The notes beneath the pieces were generated by a model that ran no database searches, was not told the origin of the DNA, and saw only the letters and a program-made list of their open reading frames with translations. A program made the position numbers and the translations under genes. DNA of 64,000 nt from Octopus vulgaris (taxonomy: Eukaryota), in the NCBI GenBank assembly GCA_951406725.2, contig OX597835.1, positions 45,446,001 to 45,510,000 on the forward strand. The letters are read 5' to 3'. This document shows, one piece after another, positions 57,037 to 64,000 of this stretch; within the stretch, counting starts at the first letter, position 1; the number at the start of each line of letters is the position of its first letter.

Positions 57037-57879
57037 TGTGTCTGCCTCTGTGTGTGTGTCTGCATGTATATATGTATGTATGCCATTATACATATATTTC
57101 AAGATTTCTTGCCACTAGAGAAACATCCGGTTTCTAACCTAGATCCAGCGCTACTTCACTGGAATTTCAGCATCAACAACAGGGTATTTCTTTATGTATG
57201 TATGTATGTATGTGTGTGTGTATGTATGTATGTATGTATGTATGTATGTATGTATATATGTATAAGTGCAGATTTGTATGTTTTGTTTTATGTATGTCAT
57301 ATATATATGCCTACATATCGAGACATGCTCATATATACTTAAATATATGTATGCTTGTATCTCTGTGCGTAAGCCCATTTGTTTGTGCCTTTTTGTTCGA
57401 GACTGTCTCAAACCATTTCTAGACAACCAGTGATGGCTTCATTAGAAGCTCCCCGTAATCTAGTTGTTTGGCAACGGACAGCAATGGAATCCGTTGGTAC
57501 AAGGCTTATTACAAAGTACTGTAGTAGATCCTTTCGACCAAAACTTTCTCTGCCTGCAGTAGACACACACACACACACACATCTTTACATAGTTTTACAC
57601 GCAGGAAAGAATTCTTAACAATGAGATGATTCCAAATTTAATCGAGAAAAAATTACTATAGCCCTTCTCTGATCTAAAGAGCATTTATCCTTCTACAGTA
57701 GAAAAAAAATCTCACCTCCAGAGAGACTATATGAAGCTAAGATTATCTAAAAGGCATCATATTCCTATACTAGCTCAGTTGGCATAAATTTCAAAGTTTC
57801 TCTCAATACTATTCCTGTTAAAACGTAGTCAGTTTTCTGGCTGTTTTGGTATTGATGGCCTTTTTTATCTGCCCCATCA

Positions 57880-58726
57880 TGTTGGCATTTTACTCTCCAT
57901 TCATGATGTGGCCCTTTTGATAGTCAATAAACTTTTTTAATAGTCAATAAACATAATGCCTTTTACATCCCAAGAAACTGAGACCATAACCTGCCCTGCA
58001 GGTGAAAATAACTTAGCCTACTTTCGAACAGGTGAGAAGGGTTGTTTCCTTTATATGGTTTATCACTTTGAATTTGGCTCACAGTGATGAACCCATCATT
58101 CATCCAGAGTTAGGAAACGTTCCAGAGAACCAGCTTGATGTCTCAAAATGCATCAGAGTTTCCCTTGGTTTTATCAGACTTGTGCGCTTTGGTCAGCTGT
58201 CAGAAGACGTGGCAACCTGCGATCAAAAGCCTTCGACATGCCAAGATCATCGTGCAGAATATTCTCACGGAAAATGCTAATAGAATTCACTATTTGGTTC
58301 ATAGTCAATCGCATGTTATCCTTGACTGTGTGGTGAACACAACCAATGTATTCCTCAGTGATAGCAGTTGCAGGACGTGCAGGTTTTCGGTCATCTCTAA
58401 CGCTTTCCCCAATCATTATTTCATCTGCCCAGTTTCTCACTGAATATAAGGCTGGAGCGTCAGCCCCTAATGTATCAACCATTTCATCATGAATGTCTTT
58501 TGAGGTTCAACCATTTTTGTGCAGGTAATTGATAATAATTCGATGCCAAACTGCGTCGATTTTCAAGAGAAGTCACAACCAATTACTTTTATAGTCAGCT
58601 TTAAAGAACCAGTTGTCAGTTTATTGGAAAGAAAATAATGCTGTTATGAAGAAGGAGAGGTAAATGTTTCGTAGTTCTGGAATCACTACTTCATAGTCAG
58701 CCGACGAACCGTTCGGCCTACTCTCG
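57880..58726 (-). mobile_element. Decayed mariner transposon, 5' part
   Basis: TA plus TIR CGAGAGTAGGCCGAACGGTTCGTCGGCTGACTATGAAG. ORF 58174-58482 DAPALYSVRNW...ESVRDDRKPARPATAIT...ILHDDLGMSK...LPRLLT; FIDYQKGHIMNG near 57895-57930. Confidence 0.85.
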
Positions 58727-60827
58727 TAAAAGTAATACCTACAATAGAAGTTAGGCTGGAGATGTCTTTCGTAGTTGAATTAAGATGTAAGGGAACAAAA
58801 TAATGCACAACATGTGTAGAAAGAGAAACATAGAGAGACACATATACATAGAGAGATACATGCACATATAAATACATACATACAAACTTACATAGGCAGA
58901 CAAACAGGTGGATAGATAGAGACATAGATAACTACTTTTATATACCTACATATATACGTACATACATATAAATTATATATACAGGTACATAGATATATAT
59001 GTATATATTTATTTCTGCACGTACATAGGCATATTCGTACATATAGATAAATAGATAGATATGAGTGTATGCATATATAAACAAATACATATGCATATAT
59101 CTATGAATATGTGTATGCGTACGCATGTGTGTGTGTGTGCATGTGCGCGTGTGTGCTTATATACTTATATAGATATTTCTACCTCACAGCATACTTTATC
59201 TTAATTCCACAACTTCACAGACTACTAATTAAAACTATTTGAAGAAAGTAAAAATATTAATTATTGAGTTTACTTTTAAGTTCAATTATAATATCTAGAT
59301 AGCAGAAAGTAAGGTATTAATTTAAGAAGTTAAGCTGAAATTAGTTGAAAGAGTAATAATGTATAACCGGTTAGCTCTGGAATATGAATGAAACATGGAA
59401 TATTAAATCGAAGTCAAAGATTCCATCAAAGATAAAAAGGCCGAAAGGGTTTCATTGAAGAAGAATATTTAAAATGTATTTGAACAGTAATATTGCGTAA
59501 AATATATGTTGGGAAAGATAGATGAATATTAAAATCTGTGCACAATATATATGTGTATATATATATAGATATAGATATAGATTTGTATGTATATGTGTGT
59601 GTGTGTATGTGTGCGATTATGTGAGTTTGCATGCTTGTGTGTGGCTGTCAGTGTGTGTACGTGTGTGTTGTGTGTGCATACGTGTAATGCTAATTGGTAA
59701 GCTGTCATTGGTTTAAAATTTTGATTGGAACATTTCATGAAAGAGAGACGGCAATTATAATTATTTATTAAACATAAATGAAAAGGCTTTGACTTGAAAA
59801 ATTGCCTGGAGGGGCAATGTCAACTGAAATATAACGAAGAAAGAGGATGAGGCTATAATAGGCAGAGCGATGAATAACTTGGTGGAGCTTATTAATTCGG
59901 GTGTAAATGAATAAAGATATGCGACGAAAATGCGAGAATATTTAAATTGAAGCTGAAACGTGATAAAATAAGAGAGTGAGTAGTCTAATCATTATTTAAT
60001 TAAGATACTCTGAAGAAATTAGGATCCTCACAAGCTCCACATACATAAATCATCCAGCTCTGTCTATCGCATGGAATTGTATAGAAATTGACGGTCTATC
60101 AAGGGATTTTAAATAATGTATTTAATTAGTTAGAAAGCCATTGAAGTACAATCACGAAAGTAGATTCGAAAGATGGGTCAAGATTAAATAAATATGTTGA
60201 ACGAATCTAGATAAGTTTGTATTAGAGGAGCGATTTCGAGACGTAAATTCAAGTATTTAATTACTTGGGAAAGAAAGGAAGAATAAGTGTGGAGGCAAAC
60301 ACAGCTGAAAGCTGCAAAATTTTAATAAAGGAGATGTAATTTAGAGGGAAATGTGAAAAATAGGCATTTAGATAACATTATATGAATGAAATGGCGAACA
60401 AGTAACCTTTTGGATGAGTGAAACGTAAAATACAAGTAAAAAAATTATTATAAGCATCTTGTATATGAGGAAGAAAATTTGCTAATAATTATAAAACTAC
60501 AGTAATTAGAAATGCAAAATAGAATATAGACCATAATAGACGTTTGCAATTTAGCTGTGGTGGCAATAATAAGGTTGAAAATGTACTTAATTTTCTGTAT
60601 GGGATACGAGATCATTTTAAGAATGTCTGTTTAGGATTCGGTCTATATTGCAGCATTTCTAAAAATGTTGATGCAAAAATACCTGCGATTCTACTTTTTT
60701 TGTATATAGTTCAACATTTGTTACTATTTACCAATTTAGGTCATCATGTATAGAGCGATACATCATCTGCCTATTCTCTTTCCCTCTATCACTCCCTGTC
60801 CCCCCTCTCTCTCGTTATCCCTCTCTA

Positions 60828-61222
<395 letters not shown>

Positions 61223-61227
61223 GAAAG

Positions 61228-61279
<52 letters not shown>

Positions 61280-61592
61280 TTTAAATAAAGGAGATGTAAT
61301 TTAGAGGGAAATGTGAAAACTTGGCGATTGCATAACAATATATGAACGAAACGGCGAAGAAATAACATTTTGGATGAGAGTAACGTGATCTCAAAACGTA
61401 ACCACATGTGAATCGTTGGTGACATTTTTTCTCTCCGTCTTCCTTTCTCTTAGACTTTCCTCTGTCTCAAATTTCAGAAGAGATTTGCATGTACCACGTC
61501 CTCGAGTTCTTTCTTTCATGTGTTTGTTCTTCGTTTTTACTCATATATATGTATATGTGTGTGTGTGTGTGTATGTGTGTGTGCATGTGTGT

Positions 61593-61871
61593 GGAGGCGC
61601 AATGGCCCTGTTGTTAGAGCAGCGGACTCGCGGTCGTAGGATCACGGTTTCGATTGCCAGACCGGGCGTTGTCAGTGTTTATTGAGCGAAAACACCTAAA
61701 GCTCCACGAGACTCCGGCAGGGGATGGTAGTAATCCCTGCTGCACTCTTTCACCACAAATTTCTCTCGCACTTTCTTCTTAGCCAGCGGGTTGGCGTCAT
61801 TGAGGGCTAAAACAATGTGAAGCGACCAGTGATGTGTAGCAACGTGTGAGGGCCTGGTCGGTCATGTGATT

Positions 61872-61878
<7 letters not shown>
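61593..61878 (+). mobile_element. SINE with family C head and an RTE-like tail
   Basis: Head nearly identical to 49183-49360; tail differs and matches 8138-8188. Confidence 0.88.
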
Positions 61879-61903
<25 letters not shown>

Positions 61904-62184
61904 GGGAATATAATTCCAAAGCTTACAGGGAGAAATTCGATTTAGCAATTTAAAATCAAATTTCACAATATATAATGTATGTATATAATTTAGAGAAAAA
62001 TCTCTGTTAAACAATTCAATAGTGAAAGATATTATTCACATCATATAGAAAACATAGATAGATAGATAGATAGATAAACACACGCACACACACACACACA
62101 CGCGCACGCGCAAAATCACACACACACACACACACACACTAAAATACATGTATATTTATGTTTATATATATATATTCTTAATAT

Positions 62185-63095
62185 TAGTTTCAAATATTTT
62201 GCAGAAGTCCGACAGTTTCCAGGGAAGTGGTAAGTCGATTTAATCCACCACGGTGCTCAGCTGGTACTTATTTTATCGAACCCGGGCTGACGAAAGGTAA
62301 CTTCGGCCTAGGCAGAATGTGAACTCAGAATGCAAAGACTGACATGCTAACGACTCTACTAGGGTGCTGTCTTAGATTATCCTTGATATTAATCTAGTGT
62401 AGAAACGTTAGCAGGCCGGGCGAAATGCTTCGCGGTATTTTGTCCGCCGGTACCTTCCGAGTTCAAGTTCCGCCGAGGTCGACTTAGCCTTTCATCCTTT
62501 CAGGGTCGATAAATTAAGTATCAGTTACGCGCTGGGGTCAATGTAATCGACTTAATCCGTTTGTCTGTCCTCTCTGTGTTTAGCGCCTTGTGGGCAGTAA
62601 AGAAATAGGTATTTCGGCTAGCCCCCAAAATGTTGGGCCTTGAGCTTAGAGTAGAAAAGAATCCTTATCACGGCGAGCAAAATAATTTGTGGCATTTCGT
62701 CTGCATTTTGTTCTAAGTTCAAATTACGCCGAGGTCGACTTTGCTTTTCATCCTTTCGGGGTCAATAAAATAAGTACCAGTTGAGCACTAGGGTTGATGT
62801 AATCGGCTCATTTTCTCACTTGAAATTGCTGGAATTGTGCCAAATTAGAAATCAATATTAATCTCAAGCAGAGGCTGGCGATTTGGCCGAACTGTTATGC
62901 AGCTGGATCGTAATTATCGTCAGCATATCCTCGGTCTACTTTCTGAGTTCAAATACCACCGACGTCAACTTTGTTTTTTTTTCTTCTTTGCGTGATCGGT
63001 GAAATAAGTACAAGTTGAATATTGAGGTTGATGTAATCGACTTAACCGCTCCCCCACCCCGAACGTTCTGGCCTCGTACCAAAATTTGAAACCCT
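62185..63095. mobile_element. Cluster of 4-5 SINE family B copies (one minus, the rest plus)
   Basis: Repeated (G)AGTTCAA, CTTTCATCCTTTC.GGGTC and GATGTAATCG blocks at about 62185-62375, 62400-62660, 62670-62852 and 62872-63093. Confidence 0.85.
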
Positions 63096-63179
63096 CGGTA
63101 ATACTCCGATCTCATCCCTTGAAATACAAATTCTCGCTCTACTTCATAACTTTTACTATATCTGCTCGTTTATTGGGAT

Positions 63180-63560
63180 CCTATTTTTATTTCACCCATC
63201 TCTGCTTGCAACATTCTCTCTGATTTCAATATGACCACCTTTCGTGCCATTCACATTCGTGTCGTTCAAAGATCACCGATGCAAGGATTAAAACGACCGG
63301 CCCGGGCTCCCTTATTTCCCTTCGATCTATTTTTCAAGGCAACACCTAGACCTCTACATAACACTTACTCTCACTGTATAAATCTGATCGTATGACGGCT
63401 GCTACGTTAGGGAGAACAAATGCATATACTCATCATTCCATTACAGTACTACTGTATTTCTGGACGCTATCGTACTCCGAGACATCTCACTTCTCGGAGC
63501 TCCACAAGGATTTGTCTATATCCGTGGAAGCGCATGGGCTTCCGAGCTTTGAACATTAGA
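63180..63560 (+). mobile_element. Possible decayed Penelope-like GIY-YIG region
   Basis: Weak relics IKTTGPGSLISLRSIF and CYVREN (YVGET-like). Confidence 0.3.
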
Positions 63561-64000
63561 ATCATATATGTGTGTGAGAGGAATACGTCATATCTGTATG
63601 CATCAGCGACACAAATACACAGAAACACACATGCACTCAATTACAGTATTACATAAAATAATAAATGCTGCTGTGTTTATGATTGATTAAAAATTCAATA
63701 TAAAATCAACCGGAATATCGCTGCTATATTACTCATATTCTCTTTCCATTGATGTATGGCTTACGCATTCATTTTCGATCTAATATTGAATTTGAAATGA
63801 AGATATCACTATATGTGTCATAGAAAATGGAACACGACAGAGTTTAATTGAGAGTCAACGAGAGGGCCATTACAAGCTTTATGCAGTCGCTACAAAAAAA
63901 AAACAAACAACTAAAGTCCAGATTCATTTTTCTTTCTTTCTTTTTCTCTGTCACTCTATCTGTCTCTTTATTACCCCCTCTGTCACTCCGTTGATTCCCT

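Noticed and set aside
59700-60750. Possible Penelope RT on the minus strand (DVSLYT near 60728-60746)
   Set aside because: Only one short motif; I could not trace the other RT motifs by eye.

Overview
AT-rich eukaryotic non-genic DNA (intergenic or deep intron) with very dense microsatellites. I found no intact host gene, tRNA, rRNA or CRISPR array, and nearly all ORF-track entries are translations of simple repeats. The repeat landscape looks like an octopus/coleoid cephalopod genome (inference from recalled SINE families, not verified). Contents: (i) three tRNA-derived SINE families in many copies; (ii) decayed DNA transposons (three mariner copies, a 212-bp mariner MITE, a maT/DD37D-like relic); (iii) decayed retroelements (two RTE 3' ends, R4/Dong-type RLE fragments, a HERO/NeSL-type RT, a Tx1/L1-type 3' end, several Penelope-like RT/GIY-YIG relics). 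The most interesting signals are: a SINE variant that repeatedly joins its tail to the same site inside its own family's head (self-targeted concatemers); a SINE whose tail matches an RTE LINE 3' stem-loop in the same window; retroelements embedded in matching microsatellites; several fold-back palindromes; and decayed hammerhead-like cores. Coordinates were read by eye and may be off by a few bases.
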